Below are positions 11,101 to 50,143 of a stretch of 64,000 nt of DNA, one piece after another (positions within the stretch are counted from its first letter, which is position 1; each line of letters begins with the position of its first letter). A program made the position numbers and the translations under genes. Source of the DNA: Chrysomallon squamiferum. Its lineage: Eukaryota; Animalia; Mollusca. The stretch is taken from positions 992,001 through 1,056,000 of the forward strand of contig CM022677.1 of the NCBI GenBank assembly GCA_012295275.1, written 5' to 3'. The notes under the pieces were generated by a model, which saw only the letters and a program-made list of their open reading frames with translations, was not told where the DNA came from and ran no database searches.

Positions 11101-14100
11101 TTAACACATTCTTACAAGTAATCTGTTGTTACTGTGAGATATTTACAAGTAGTCTGTTGTTACTGTGAGATGTTTACAAGTAGTCTGTTGTTACTGTGAG
11201 ATGTTTACAAGTAGTCTGTTGTTACTGTGAGATGTTTACAAGTAGTCTGTTGTTACTGTGAGAAGTTTACAAGTAGTCTGTTGTTACTGTGAGAAGTTTA
11301 CAAGTAATGTGTTGTTACTAAGAGATATTTACAAGTAGTCTGTTGTTACTGTGAGATATTTACAAGTAGTCTGTTGTTACTGTGAGATGTTTGCAAGTAG
11401 TATGTTGTTACTAAGAGATATTTACAAGTAGTATGTTGTTACTAAGAGATATTTACAAGTAGTATGTTGTTACTAAGAGATATTTACAAGTAGTATGTTG
11501 TTACTGTGAGATGTTTACAAGTAATCTGTTGTTACTGTGAGATGTTTAGAAGTAATGTGTTGTTACTGTGAGATGTTTACAAGTAATGTGTTGTTACTGT
11601 GAGATGTTTAGAAGTAATGTGTTGTTACTGTGAGATGTTTACAAGTAATCTGTTGTTACTGTGAGATGTTTACAAGTAGTATGTTGTTACTAAGAGATGT
11701 TTACAAGTAGTGTGTTGTTACTAAGAGATATTTACAAGTAGTATGTTGTTACTGTGAGATGTTTACAAGTAATCTGTTGTTACTGTGAGATGTTTAGAAG
11801 TAATGTGTTGTTACTGTGAGATGTTTACAAGTAATGTGTTGTTACTGTGAGATGTTTACAAGTAGTCTGTTGTTACTGTGAGATGTTTACAAGTAATGTG
11901 TTGTTACTGTGAGATGTTTACAAGTAGTCTGTTGTTACTGTGAGATGTTTACAAGTAGTCTGTTGTTACTGTGAGATGTTTACAAGTAGTCTGTTGTTAC
12001 TGTGAGATGTTTACAAGTAATGTGTTGTTACTGTGAGATGTTTAGAAGTAATGTGTTGTTACTGTGAGGTGTTTACAAGTAATCTGTTGTTACTGTGAGA
12101 TGTTTACAAGTAATGTGTTGTTACTGTGAGATGTTTACAAGTAGTCTGTTGTTACTGTGAGATGATTACAAGTAATGTGTTGTTACTGTGAGATGTTTAC
12201 AAGTAGTCTGTTGTTACTGTGAGATGATTACAAGTAGTCTGTTGTTACTGTGAGATGTTTACAAGTAGTCTGTTGTTACTGTGAGATGTTTACAAGTAAT
12301 GTCTTGTTACTGTGAGATGTTTACAAGTAGTCTGTTGTTACTGTGAGATGTTTACAAGTAATGTGTTGTTACTGTGAGATGTTTACAAGTAGTCTGTTGT
12401 TACAGAAGTCAGTTCTCAGGTTCAGGACTGGTGTCTCAGGCTGCAGCTGATCAGCTTCATTCTGAGAGGAGACACTGAACAAACTCACCACATCATTCAG
12501 AAGGTACACAAAACACTTTACTGTCCTTCTTTTCTGGGTGAAAACATGTTTCTGGGTTATTTTGTATGTTTTGTGTGTATGTAAAAATGTCATTCAGTCA
12601 TTATGTAAAAATGTCATTCAGTCATTATTATGAAATTTTCACAGTAAAAGCTGTAAACATAAGATAACTAATGACTACAACAAATAAAAATCATGAATGT
12701 AGAATTAAATTAATGAAAGATACATATTCCTCTGATATATTGAGATATCAGAAAGTTACTTGTGTTGTATTTAAATAATTATAGTTGATATATATTGATA
12801 TATAGTGGATGTATGTTGATATATAGTTGATATAAGTTGATATATAGTGGATGTATGTTAATATATAGTTGATATATAGTGGATGTATGTTAATATATAG
12901 TGGATGTATGTTGATATACAGTAGATGTATGTTAAACAGTTTATTAAGCTGAAGAAACTAAACATTCTCACAAACGAAGGTTTTCTGTTGACAGATGAAA
13001 GAAGAAAACAAAGAAGATACATTTCTGCATGTCATGTCTGGTGTGATTGCAGATGATGTTGAAACTGTTCAGAAATTTGTTCAACAAGAAAATACTGATC
13101 TTTATCTGCAGAAGGTTAGTGTTATAAATATCTGTAATAAAAATTAGAATAAAAAATGTTTACATTTCTTCACTGGTATTAAAGTGTATTGGTCTTTTAT
13201 TTTTCCTTTCTTTGTTTTTATCTCTCTTTTTCTGTCAAAATAAAGAATATAAAACAATGAACTGTAACAAGTACATAAATCAAAATACTGTTGACAATAT
13301 AATTCACAGATTTTGTAAGTGAAAACAAGAAAATACAATTTACTGGCAGATTCTGATGTAACTGAATTATTGTGGATTAATTTGTTACTGGATAATTAAA
13401 ATTAAATGTATGATGAATAGCTTTTTTAACATCAAATAATATTTTACCTTTCTTGTGTATTTATTTTATGGTTGTAATTGTTTTTAACTTTTTTTGTTGT
13501 AGTGTAGCTAACTGGCAAATATTTGTTTTGTTTATAAATGTGTAGTTTCTTTTCAACCACTTCAGTGGTAATCACTGTTTTATGATTACTAGAGAGAGAG
13601 ATTCAGTGGTAATCACTGTTTTATGATTACTAGAGAGAGAGATTCAGTGGTAATCACTGTTTTATGATTACTAGAGAGAGAGACTCAGTGGTAATCACTG
13701 TGTTTTATGATGATTACTAGAGAGAGAGACTCAGTGGTAATCACTGTGTTCTATGATTACTAGAGAGAGAGAGACTCAGTGGTAATCACTATGTTTTATG
13801 ATTACTAAACAGAGAGAGACTCAGTGGTAATCACTGTGTTTTATGATTACTAGAGAGAGAGATTCAGTGGTAATCACTGTTTTATGATTACTAGAGAGAG
13901 AGATTCAGTGGTAATCACTGTGTTTTATGATTACTAAACAGAGAGAGACTCAGTGGTAATCACTGTGTTTTATGATTACTAGAGAGAGAGATTCAGTGGT
14001 AATCACTGTGTTTTATGATTACTAAAGAGAGCGAGATTCAGTGGTAGTAGTAGTATTACAGCTATTCATGTTTCTAGGTGCTGCAGCACATGATGAGAAA

Positions 14101-16517
14101 CAAGACTTGTGAAACAGATTCTACCTGTCTGAGGTAAAATACACATTTTTATAGTTACTCATTAATGTAAAAACTTTAATATCAGTCTGCAAATCTCTTT
14201 TGTTTTTCTTTCTTTCTTTTTTTATCATAAAATAATTTAGATAAGTTATGAAAAACATGGTTTGTTGTTGGGTTGTTGTTTTTGAAAGAGCATTGTATTT
14301 CCTTATAAAGTAATATATAATAAATAATAATAAATAATTGAATTGAATCAGCAGATGTCACATTTAGAATGATATCAGTTTAATGAAGATATTTATGTAC
14401 AACAAAGCTGACATGTCACACTGAACCAGGACACAGAACTTGAACGTTACCAACACAGCACACGACACAAACACTTTTTGTTTACCTAGTCTCGTGGATC
14501 CTGTGAGGACAGATATTGATTCTTAGTTTTTATTAAAACATTTTTATGTCACTGTTATTTACTGGATGCCTCATTCTTCTGAGAAAAAGACAAAACATTT
14601 TTCCCCAACTTCATCCACTGCCGTGAATGAGATATCAAAATAAAGCTTGTGGAGTGAGGAATGTGAAAAAGTTTATACCAGACAAAATGTTGTGATTTAA
14701 GATATGCTTCCATTTGAGGCGTCAAATTCACTTACAGACCGGAGAGTCAAAATCTGAAATTGCATCCCTTTAATTATCATTTGCTCCAATATGTAGATAT
14801 TCAGTCACTGTAAGTATGTTGTTTTGAAGACAGCAACTGATGAATGAATAAAACATGCAGTCCAGTTTACATGATAGAAAATCTGTGTTAGGAAATTTAC
14901 TTTATTTTAATCTGTAACTAGGTTTATTTCATTTTTGAACACAGTTTGTCAATAATTTTTTTTTTTTAATTTATTTATCACATTTTAATTTACTTTTACT
15001 GTGTGTGTCATTTACTTTATTTTATATTATTACATTTTATTTTATTTTACTTTTGCATTTTTTTGTTTTTTTATATTTCAAACAGACATTTTAATTTATT
15101 TTCATTTCACTTCAAACAGACAGTTTTAATTTACTTCTGTATTTCACTGTAACAGACAGTGGTTTATTTTATTTTTCATTTTACTTTGGTATTTTATTTT
15201 CATTTCAGCAAACAGACAGTGGTAATGTATTTCTCATTTCACTCAAACAGACAGTGGTAATGTATTTCTCATTTCACTCGAACTTTACCATTTTGTACTC
15301 TACTGTCAAACTTTATTTTAAAATTTTATTGTGAATTTGGATTAAAAAATAAAAAGTACTTTTGTAATTCTTTTGATTTGCCTTGTGACATAATCTTTAT
15401 TAAGTTGTTTGAAAAAATATCATTAATTTTTGTGATTTTCTTGTAATATTCAAGTATATTTTTATTAAAAATTTACAGTGTGTGTTTATTTTGTTTTGTT
15501 CTTCAATTTTTACTAGACTGGTCAGGATAATTCAGAGATGATGAAAAACATGTTTGATGAGGCTTCAACTGAAGTTTTAAAGAAGAAACCTCAGTCATCA
15601 GCAGTGCTGTTGATGTTGGCTCTGATTGCTTTGAAGGACAACGTCAGGTAGACACTGTGTTTTAATGACACAGTCAGCATATTATAAACCTCATCTCACG
15701 TCAGACACAGCCAGTGAAAACAGAATGTTTGATGTTTGAGTCCATTTTTATACTTTTACTATTTGTTGACTAAATTTGATGAATTTATAATTTTGCTGTT
15801 AATTTATTTGTTGATATTTATAATTTTATTATCATATTTGAGGATATTTATAATTTTACTGTTCATATATTTTGATTTATATTTATAATTCTACTATTTA
15901 AAGATATTTAACAGAATGTTGCTGTTTGTTGTTTCAGGTTGGCTAAGAGATACTTCCTGCTGAGTTATGATGTTTCTTGTTGCCATGACAACTTCCAGTA
16001 TGGACAGCAGATTGCAAGAAGACATCTTATCAAGATTTGTCACAACTCTTCAAAAGATTCACAGCTGTTACAGGTTTTTATTTATTTACTTATTTATTTA
16101 TTTATTTATTATTGTTTTGTTTTGTTTAGAATGGGAACAAGGCTATAAAAATAAGATCAAATTCTTTAATTTATTTATTAATTTGTTTGATTAAGATATA
16201 AAATTTATTCATTCATTTATTTTTAATATGTGATCAAAAAAGTTTCTATTTTGTTTGTTTTTGTTTTTTTTGTTTTTTATTAGAATGTTGGTGGGGTTTC
16301 AGTCTTTTAAACAATAAATCAGTTTTAATTCAGCTTTTATTTTTTGATTTGTCCTTATGTATAAAGTAAAAAATATTTTCCAAATAAACATTCAAAATTT
16401 TTAATTCTTGATTTACTATTTTTTGTTATACAGAAATTACTGTCAGATGCAGCAGAACAAGGAGATTTGGACACAGTACATTTCTACGAGAGTCTTCAGA
16501 CATCCTCAAACAAATAA
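1..16517 (+). CDS. SKIC3: Superkiller complex protein 3 / tetratricopeptide repeat protein 37 (5'-truncated by window edge), multi-exon
   Basis: Hand-spliced GT-AG exons: 1-45, 556-640, 990-1021, 1238-1338, 1772-1874, 2123-2215, 2493-2588, 2837-3047, 3299-3360, 3574-3630, 3964-4032, 4768-4842, 5504-5645, 6009-6102, 6524-6604, 7609-7736, ~8879/8890-9002, 9379-9553, 10045-10218, 10568-10679, 10793-10921, 12406-12503, 12995-13114, 14078-14133, 15517-15647, 15938-16073, 16434-16517 (TAA). Peptides [103 protein letters not shown] match the TTC37/SKI3 family as I recall it. Caveats: 1-nt frameshift near 3026, missing AG near 8879, phase gap between 14133 and 15517. Confidence 0.95.
135..571 (+). 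repeat. ~86-bp tandem repeat x5, each copy containing the SKIC3 3' splice site plus the first 16 exon bases
   Basis: Unit ...ACAGTTTAACACTTTCAG|TCGTGTTTGGGAATGT; AG ends at 208, 294, 383, 469 and 555. Confidence 0.95.
4020..4295 (+). repeat. Four copies of a SKIC3 exon end plus 5' splice site, interleaved with (CA)n
   Basis: CTGGATAGGACAG|GTAGAAACAATCATCTTCAAA with GT at 4033, 4151, 4199 and 4268. Confidence 0.95.
7250..7646 (+). repeat. 43-bp tandem repeat x9 containing a SKIC3 3' splice site plus exon start
   Basis: Unit TGTTTATTTAACAG|TGAAAACAAAG(CCT/TA)ATGATGAAAGTATTG; AG ends at 7263, 7307, 7350, 7393, 7436, 7479, 7522, 7565 and 7608. Confidence 0.95.
7945..8910 (+). repeat. ~43-46-bp tandem repeat x~22 containing a SKIC3 3' splice site plus exon start
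   Basis: Unit GACTGAAAGTTG(T)nCAG|TTTATGAG(C/T)AGGCTGT(GA/CT)GTAA; about 20 copies retain CAG. Confidence 0.95.
9562..9775 (+). repeat. ~87-bp tandem repeat, about 2.4 copies, starting just after a SKIC3 donor
   Basis: AAAATATGCAGTAAACAGT.GTTTTAAATTGTTATT recurs at about 9562, 9648 and 9735. Confidence 0.85.
11112..12403 (+). repeat. 31-bp minisatellite, about 42 copies, ending in a SKIC3 acceptor
   Basis: Unit TTTACAAGTAGTCTGTTGTTACTGTGAGATG; the last copy runs ...CTGTTGTTACAG into the exon at 12406. Confidence 0.95.
12778..12935 (+). repeat. Degenerate short tandem repeat (ATATAGTTG / ATATAGTGGATGTATGTT)
   Basis: Visible reiteration of ~10-30-bp motifs shortly upstream of the acceptor at 12994. 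Confidence 0.75.
13561..14046 (+). repeat. 41-46-bp minisatellite, about 11.5 copies, with internal inverted repeats
   Basis: Unit TCAGTGGTAATCACTG(TG)TTTTATGATTACTAGAGAGAGA. CAGTG/CACTG and GTAATCA/TGATTAC are reverse-complement pairs. The array ends about 30 nt before the acceptor at 14077. Confidence 0.95.
15080..15280 (+). repeat. Degenerate ~35-bp tandem repeat
   Basis: AACAGACAGTGGTAATGTATTTCTCATTTCACTC-like units recur about 5 times. Confidence 0.7.
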
Positions 16518-19272
16518 ACAGAATTCAGTAAACTCTCTTTAAACACTTTAGAAACATCCATGCAGAACTAGTTTATACACAGACTCTGTTCACACAGTTG
16601 CTGCAATTCTGTGTTGTTGTGTTCATTTTATTCAGCATAGTTCATTGGATCAGAATTGTTTGGGAAAATGAAAAACTAAAAATATATCTATGACTGGATG
16701 TAATCCTGGGTTCTTAACTGAAAATAGTAAAATTTTTCTCAATTTGGTTTTTAAAACAACAACTGTGATTTTTTTTTTTTTTTTCTGAGAGCATCATGAA
16801 CATAAAGATTACTGATGAATGTTAATGAGAAGTTTAAAAATTATTATTTTCGTGTTTTTGTGTAAAATAAATAAATTTATGAATTTAAAAATATTTGCTA
16901 TTAATTTTCTGGGTACTGGTTACAGATATATTCAACATATTAAAACTAAAGAGAAAATTTTTATTGGTGTAGTGTTTTGTTTTGTTTTTTCTCCAAACAT
17001 AACTGCATTGTCTACAAATCTTTGCAGTCAAAGTGAAAGAAAGATTACAACTTGCTACACAACTCAAAGGTGGCTGTTTCTGACTTGCACTGTTTTTGTA
17101 ACAAGTATTGTATAAGTAGGATATAAAAGGTCAAGTGTTTTTCTTTGAGAAGATGAATATAGACGTTTTCTAATTGTAAAAGTTGACTACATGTATATAT
17201 TTACTGTCCAACTTCACACATCCACACATTTTAAAACTTTATAGTTTATTATTTAATGACTTTATGTCATAAAGATATAAATATTACATGTTTGTTTCAT
17301 TTCTTTTTCTTTCTTTTTTCTTTTTTCTGTTTCTTCTAATTTATTATTTTTTTTCTTTTTTCTTATTTTTATTTTTTATCCAGTATTTTTATGGAAATTT
17401 TAATCCAGTATTTATATGGATTACTGCAGTTTGTCTGGTGTATATTATTATGTTTACATACAATCTTGATTCACCACATCAAAACTGAAATCTGATGTAG
17501 CAGATAAAACAGTAGTTTGTATTACAAATCAAAATTAGCTTCACTCTTGTTTTTTGTTTTTTTTTGTTTGTTTTTGTTTGTTTTAAATGTATGTGTTAAA
17601 CTGCATTATTCATCTCACACACACACACACACACATCACACACACACACACACACACACACACAAATACAAACGCATACACAAGCACACATACGTAAATG
17701 TAGATGAGTCTAACTGAATGTTCACTGGTGCAGGGTTAAGCTGTCACCCAGATTAAACAAGTTTAAGATTGCTCTGATTAATCTTTATTCTAAACACTGC
17801 TGTTTGTTTAGACTTGTTTAATTTCAAACAGTTTATTAGTCCACACAGAAAACACAAAAGAGCTCACTGCATGTGACCTACGTAATGCAGTGTTATGTAT
17901 GAATCTTTTAAAATAATAACAATTATGATAATGACGACGATGATGATGATGATGATGATAATAATAATAATAGTCTGTTATAATTAAATAAATAAATAAT
18001 GATTGTAAAGAAAAATTCCTGTTAAACACTGGGAGTGACTTTTTTTAAAAGATTCTTTAATACAATCTATAATCTTTACACCCAAACCAGTTACGCCATA
18101 TATATATTTTTTAAAGTTTGTCATATATTCGATTTTACAAAATTGCTGTAATATGAAATTTTGTAACTGTAGATAACGAGGTTATTATAACTCCACTACA
18201 CTGATGATGATGTTAACAATCTGTTTGTTAAACCTGATTTTCATGAAGCGTGTCCAGTGACTATGTTAATATAGTTTTGAATGGGAAATACAATTACCTT
18301 TTCCTTTCTTTTTTTTAATATAAAAAATGACTGCTTGTTTTTCCTTATAAAAAAATACACCTAATACTTGCTCCAATCATCATCAAAAAACACCCGTGTT
18401 TAATGTTATTTCCCTCTTGTTTCGCAGTCAGATGTTACTGCTTGCAGTTACGTAACCACAAATCACACAGTGTTTCTGGTTAACTGACTGATCTGCTGAA
18501 GCCTAATTTGTTGGCACAACTTACAAACTTGTTTTAATCTCTGGCAAACTTGTCTCCACTCGGGCGTTGATCAAGGAGTTGTTGCCCTGTCCCCGTCTGT
18601 TTCTCCCTTGCTACCCACCGAGTCAGATAAACACTGTGACCATATTCACGTCTTAAACTCTCAACAGTCTCGTGTTTTATTAAGAATTATACCTAATAAT
18701 TAAAATTTATACATATTTACTTATTTTTCCTATTTTTGTTTATTTATTTATTTATTTATTTATTTATTATTTATTATTTCATTTTATTTTTTGTTTTTAT
18801 TAAGGCCACTGGTTGATGATGGGGGACCCAAGTAAAGTCGGGTCGAGGAGTCCATGGCACTCGTCACTTTGTTTTAGATTTTAACAACTGAATTATATTT
18901 TTTTTAAACTTTTTGTTATTTAGAAATTTTAAGTTTACAAATGATACATCTCACTGAATTACGATGATTCACATCTGCTTGCTGTTCTTTAAAAAAAAAT
19001 CAAACGGAAATCATCATCATGAAGGAACAGCGTCTAGTTTTATCGAAAATAAATGAAATTTTGCAGACAGATGTTCTCATTCAATTCAACATGAACAAAT
19101 TATCAATCTGGAATAATCATGTCATTAATACACTGATACACAAAAATACAACATGAACAGATCCAGTGAGTTATCACAGTGTTTTAAAATATTTAGTTAA
19201 TTCAGCTTCGGGAAACATTTGATTAATTGTTATTTGTTTTGTTTTGCTTGTTTTGTCGTTGTTTTTTTTTTT

Positions 19273-19324
<52 letters not shown>

Positions 19325-19949
19325 ATTATAACTTTTTAAACATTTCCGAATAAATAAGTTTTTTTTAATGTTTTATAGAAATATCTGAGTTTCAGTAGTA
19401 TACAGGTATACTTAGTTTATAACAAGGAACTGAAACTGTTTATAAATTCTACGAAAACACTGCCAAAAAATTATTTCTTTTATTTATCAGTACACAGATT
19501 GTATTTATTTATTTATTTTAACAATTTTCCATCGAATTCACAGGCCTATATATTTCCACAAAATATAGAAGAAAAAATAAGCAACAAAACGAATGTTAGT
19601 AATAAAAACTTTGACTAGAAAATAATCCCCCAAATTGCTTAAATAAAAAAATAAATAAAAAACCGTCTCCTCAGTTAAAGATTATAGAGAGATCGCTAAC
19701 AAAGCATATGTATCCTTCAGGTCAGAGGTCACGAGCGATATAAAATCGGGTTGGCAGAAAATCACATTCGAGGAGTTTGAATTCGAGGCGGAACGGAAAC
19801 CGGCGCGGTTATAAACGAGATCGGACCAACTCGGAGAACTGGCTTTTGCCTTCCTTTGTAATATTTACATACAAGATACACATTCTGAACAAATAAACAC
19901 AGCTTAAATATACCCATGTTTTAATGAGTTTGGTTATATATCGTCATGT

Positions 19950-20020
<71 letters not shown>

Positions 20021-21518
20021 CATTAAACTCGATATCCATACAAAACCCATTGAGCATGTTCTCCCATTGTCAGTGTTATCGCAAACCAGCGGTCTGTTTG
20101 TTTGATGTTTGTCATTAGGTTGTCAGGTTAGGTCGTATCGCAGATCTGCCGTGAATCAGTCGAGTAGAATAAGTTAACTTTGTATTGATCTTCGCCTTAC
20201 CTGTCCATCGACCGAGCTCACTGGCCATTTAGCATGTAAGACGATTTTCTTTCATATCAGCTTCATCTGTCACTTTGTCTGTGTGTCTGTTACACCGACT
20301 TCTGTCTCTTGTTTTATCTATTTCTTCTCTCTCCGTGTGAGTGTATTTGTGTGTACATGTATATACGTATACATATATACACACGTACATACGTACATAC
20401 AATATTATTATTAGTAGTAGTAGTAGTAGTAGTAGTAGTATCAAGTTAATGACATATAACTAGAATGCTGGATTCCTATATATAATAGTCTATATTATAG
20501 TCTATCTACCTGTCTTAAGCACTAGACTCAAATTATTTACTATATTAAAAAAACAATTTTTTCGTCAAATACGAACTTAATTCCAAAAATCGGTTTTTAC
20601 CTGCATATACCAAAAACGCATCCAATAACAACATAACTAATTTCCATTATGACGTCATACACACTGCGACAACAATGTGACGTAAAAACACGCAGCAAGG
20701 CAGGAACAGTAAAAACGACTTGTTGTTACCGTGTTTGAATTGTGCAGTTTGTACAAATTCACAGCACATTTAACAATCAGAGCGAGAAACAGAGAGATTA
20801 CAAGTGAAGGGAATATAATAACTGAGAATAATGACTGATAACGGTGTAAGTGTTAAAACCACTACTTGTGTTTACTTATGTTTTTATTCGTGTTTATTGG
20901 CAGTTTATTCATTTATGATAACATTTTTCTTAAACTGGGCAAGAGGCAGTTTTGATTGAAATGAATATAGTTTCTTATCGGTATGAAACGTCTGTATATA
21001 AATAAATATATATATTTATATATATATAAATCTGACGAATAGATATAGCTATAATTATTTGTTTTAATATGACAGTAAGAACAGAATGAGTAAAGAAAGT
21101 AAATAAACAGTTTAGTGAATAACTTTAGACGAGCAAGCACAGATACAGTTATTGTCAGAAAAATGAAAAGTAATATTTTATATTTTATACTGTTAGAAAG
21201 GTATATAGTATTCGTTAAATATAAATAAAAACAGAAAATACTTACAAATTCAGCATTTAAAATCAAGAAAGTTATATTTCTCCCTCACACTTTTTATTTT
21301 TTATTTATTTTATTTTATACAGCACGCGATTACTGACATTTAATGACTTTCTTAAATATCTCTTCGAAAGATAAGCAAATTTGAACACGTACATCAGCTG
21401 AGAGCCACGTACAGCGTGCATAAACCATGTCTGGTTAAACCCACCACCGTTATCACAGTTTAAAATAATTATGTCTTTTCTTTTTCATCCTTTTTCCTTT
21501 TTTTTTTTCTTTTTTTTC

Positions 21519-21550
<32 letters not shown>

Positions 21551-22467
21551 CTATATTTTCGACTAGTGTTATTATTATTATTTTTTTTTTTTAAATTAAA
21601 ACAGTTTTGTTTTCACATAATTTATGAGAGGTCAACAAATTCACGTCAGCTCTTAAAGTAAATATTTAGTGTAGAATAAATTATCTAGCAGGGGGAAGGT
21701 ATTTCCACAGGTGAAAGTGTTTTAACAGCCCAGTGTGTGCACACACCTGAGTTGATTAACTGCACACTGAGTCAGGTAGAAAATAAAACCAGGTCTCGAC
21801 CCGAGGTTGAGCGGCCGAGTTGACTGGCAGACGACGCTCGGTTTGTTCGACTGGTTCTCATTCTTCGTGCAGGACACAGACATTTGTTTTCTCCTCAGTG
21901 ATCCGCCGAACAGCTCAGAAAACAGTTATCTCGTGAAAGTAACAAGCGACACGTGACACAGGTAACGATCCTCAGGTGAACGTCTGCCTGCCTTAGCTGG
22001 AGTCATGTTGTGTTATGTTGTCGGTAACTTAAACATTCAATTAAAGAAGGTTAAAAAAAAAAAAAAAAAAAAAAAATGGAGAATAAAAAGATATGTGACG
22101 ACATTATGAAAGAATTCTATTTTTTTTTTTTTTTTTTTTTTTTAATGTATCTATACGTGAAAAAAAAAAAAAGAGGAATTTTTATGTTACTGAAATGCTA
22201 AGTAGTAGAAGTTATGTATGTGTTGTATACAAACGATTTTATTTTTTATTAGTGTCAATAATGGGAGATAGCAAAAAAAAAAAATAATAATAAAAAAATA
22301 AAGGAGAAGAAGAAAAAAAAAAGTAAATAACTACAATAATAATGTGGCGAGGAGAAATAACTTTCTGGATATAACTATTGTACGTGATTATTTTCTAAAT
22401 GAGATTTCTTTCACAGGTTCAGTGAGAAGACTTTCTGTGTGGAACTGTTGCTAAAACGAAAGTGAAA

Positions 22468-48357
<25,890 letters not shown>

Positions 48358-49374
48358 TGCTGTGAATGACGTCACAGCGCGGACTTCTGTCGCTCTTGAC
48401 TTTGAGTTTCCGTGATGGATAATGACCGCCGTGATGTAGCATAAAATGCTCTTCTGAAACGTTTGAACTTCAGATTCAGTTACAGAAGAAGACTATTTTT
48501 CATCTATTCCACTCACAACGATTTCATTTTCTTCCCTTATTTATTTCTAAAAATGTTTATTATTAATGGGAGAATTCTTTTATACTGAGTATTGTTTGAT
48601 AAATATTTTTTAATGTGATAAATATAACTATATATATACAAATTATATTATTGTGACAAAAATGTATATACAAAATAATTTTGTTAATAAAACAACATGA
48701 AATTGAATTTTTGTTTCTCTTTTTCTATATTTTTTTTATTACAAATAAACAAATTAAGTTTTAGTTCGCACAACGTTACAAATCAGCACGTAAAAATAAC
48801 TGAAAAGTGTTTGTTTGTACATTTAACTGACACATTTATTCACACTGAAGTTCTGACAGATTGACTGAAAACATTATTTTCCATTATATTTTCTTTAACG
48901 ATGTTTGGATAAAAAAGGATCAACGAATGATTTCTATTGTTAAATGATTCATTCAGTTTTTAAAACAGCGGTTCTGTTTTATTATACACATCAATCACCA
49001 GCCTTGGAAATTTGTTCATATTATAAAATCTTCCAAAGCTGTAATGCCGAGAGAAGAGTCACGTGGGTGTGACAGCGACGTTGACACTGACAGAATGCAA
49101 CTCAGAGGTTTTTTCACATCCAGCGATTTATAATGGATCAGCATTTCAAAAAATAAATTGAAAACAAAAACACCAAACAGCGATATTTTGGTTTATAAAA
49201 ATCATCTAACTTTATCGACAGATCAAATATTGATTTCAGTATTCAGGAACTTACTTTGGTATATTAGTATTGCCATTAGTTAATTAATGCGATATGTCAA
49301 GGAAACTTAGATACAGAGAATCTATTTACACGACTTCTGTAATAAATACAATTTATGTACACACACACACACAG

Positions 49375-49428
<54 letters not shown>

Positions 49429-49739
49429 CATAATGCATATAATGAAAGAACGGTATTAAGAAATCTAATTATAAAGGAAAGTTCAGGGCTGACAAGCAGT
49501 ACATACTGAAGTGTCAGCTGTATGAAAGTGTGTATTGATTTATAGAAACCAGATACACTCTCCTCTGTCAATCCGACTAAAAAACAATAACTCTTTCTTT
49601 ATTATTTTTTCTTGCTCAGTTTATTGCTTTATAAAACGATATTTTCTTACCTTGTTATTTTTTTTCTTTCTTCTTTTCCATTTTGCGTCCTTCACATTTT
49701 ATTTTATTTTATTTTCAGTGTTTATGTTAGAGATAAATA

Positions 49740-49880
49740 AAACTATTATTATCATCATCATCATCATCGTCATCGTTATTATTATTATTGTTACTACTAC
49801 TACTGCTACTACTACTACTACTACAACTATTATTATTATAATTATTTTTATTATTATAATTATTTTTATTATTATTATTA

Positions 49881-49926
<46 letters not shown>

Positions 49927-50028
49927 TACTACTACTACTGCTACTACTACTACTACTACAACTATTATTATTATAATTATTTTTATTATTATTATTATTA
50001 TTTTTATTATTATTATTATTATTATTAT

Positions 50029-50061
<33 letters not shown>

Positions 50062-50083
50062 AACTATTATTATTATTATTATT

Positions 50084-50141
<58 letters not shown>
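49740..50141 (+). repeat. Compound (ATT)n/(ACT)n trinucleotide tract with a three-fold block structure
   Basis: The ACTACT...ACAACTATTATT...ATTTTT block is repeated three times. A similar tract lies at about 51500-51740. Confidence 0.9.

Positions 50142-50143
<2 letters not shown>

Noticed and set aside
135-14046. Regular arrays of 31-86-bp repeats superficially resembling CRISPR arrays
   Set aside because: Units are head-to-tail with no unique spacers, there are no cas genes, and the arrays lie in spliceosomal introns of a eukaryotic gene.
18540-20230. GC-richer intergenic patches (18540-18870, 19720-19850, 20130-20230) as possible ncRNA or transposon pieces
   Set aside because: No recognisable RNA fold, ORF, terminal repeat or second copy in the window; cannot be supported without a database search.
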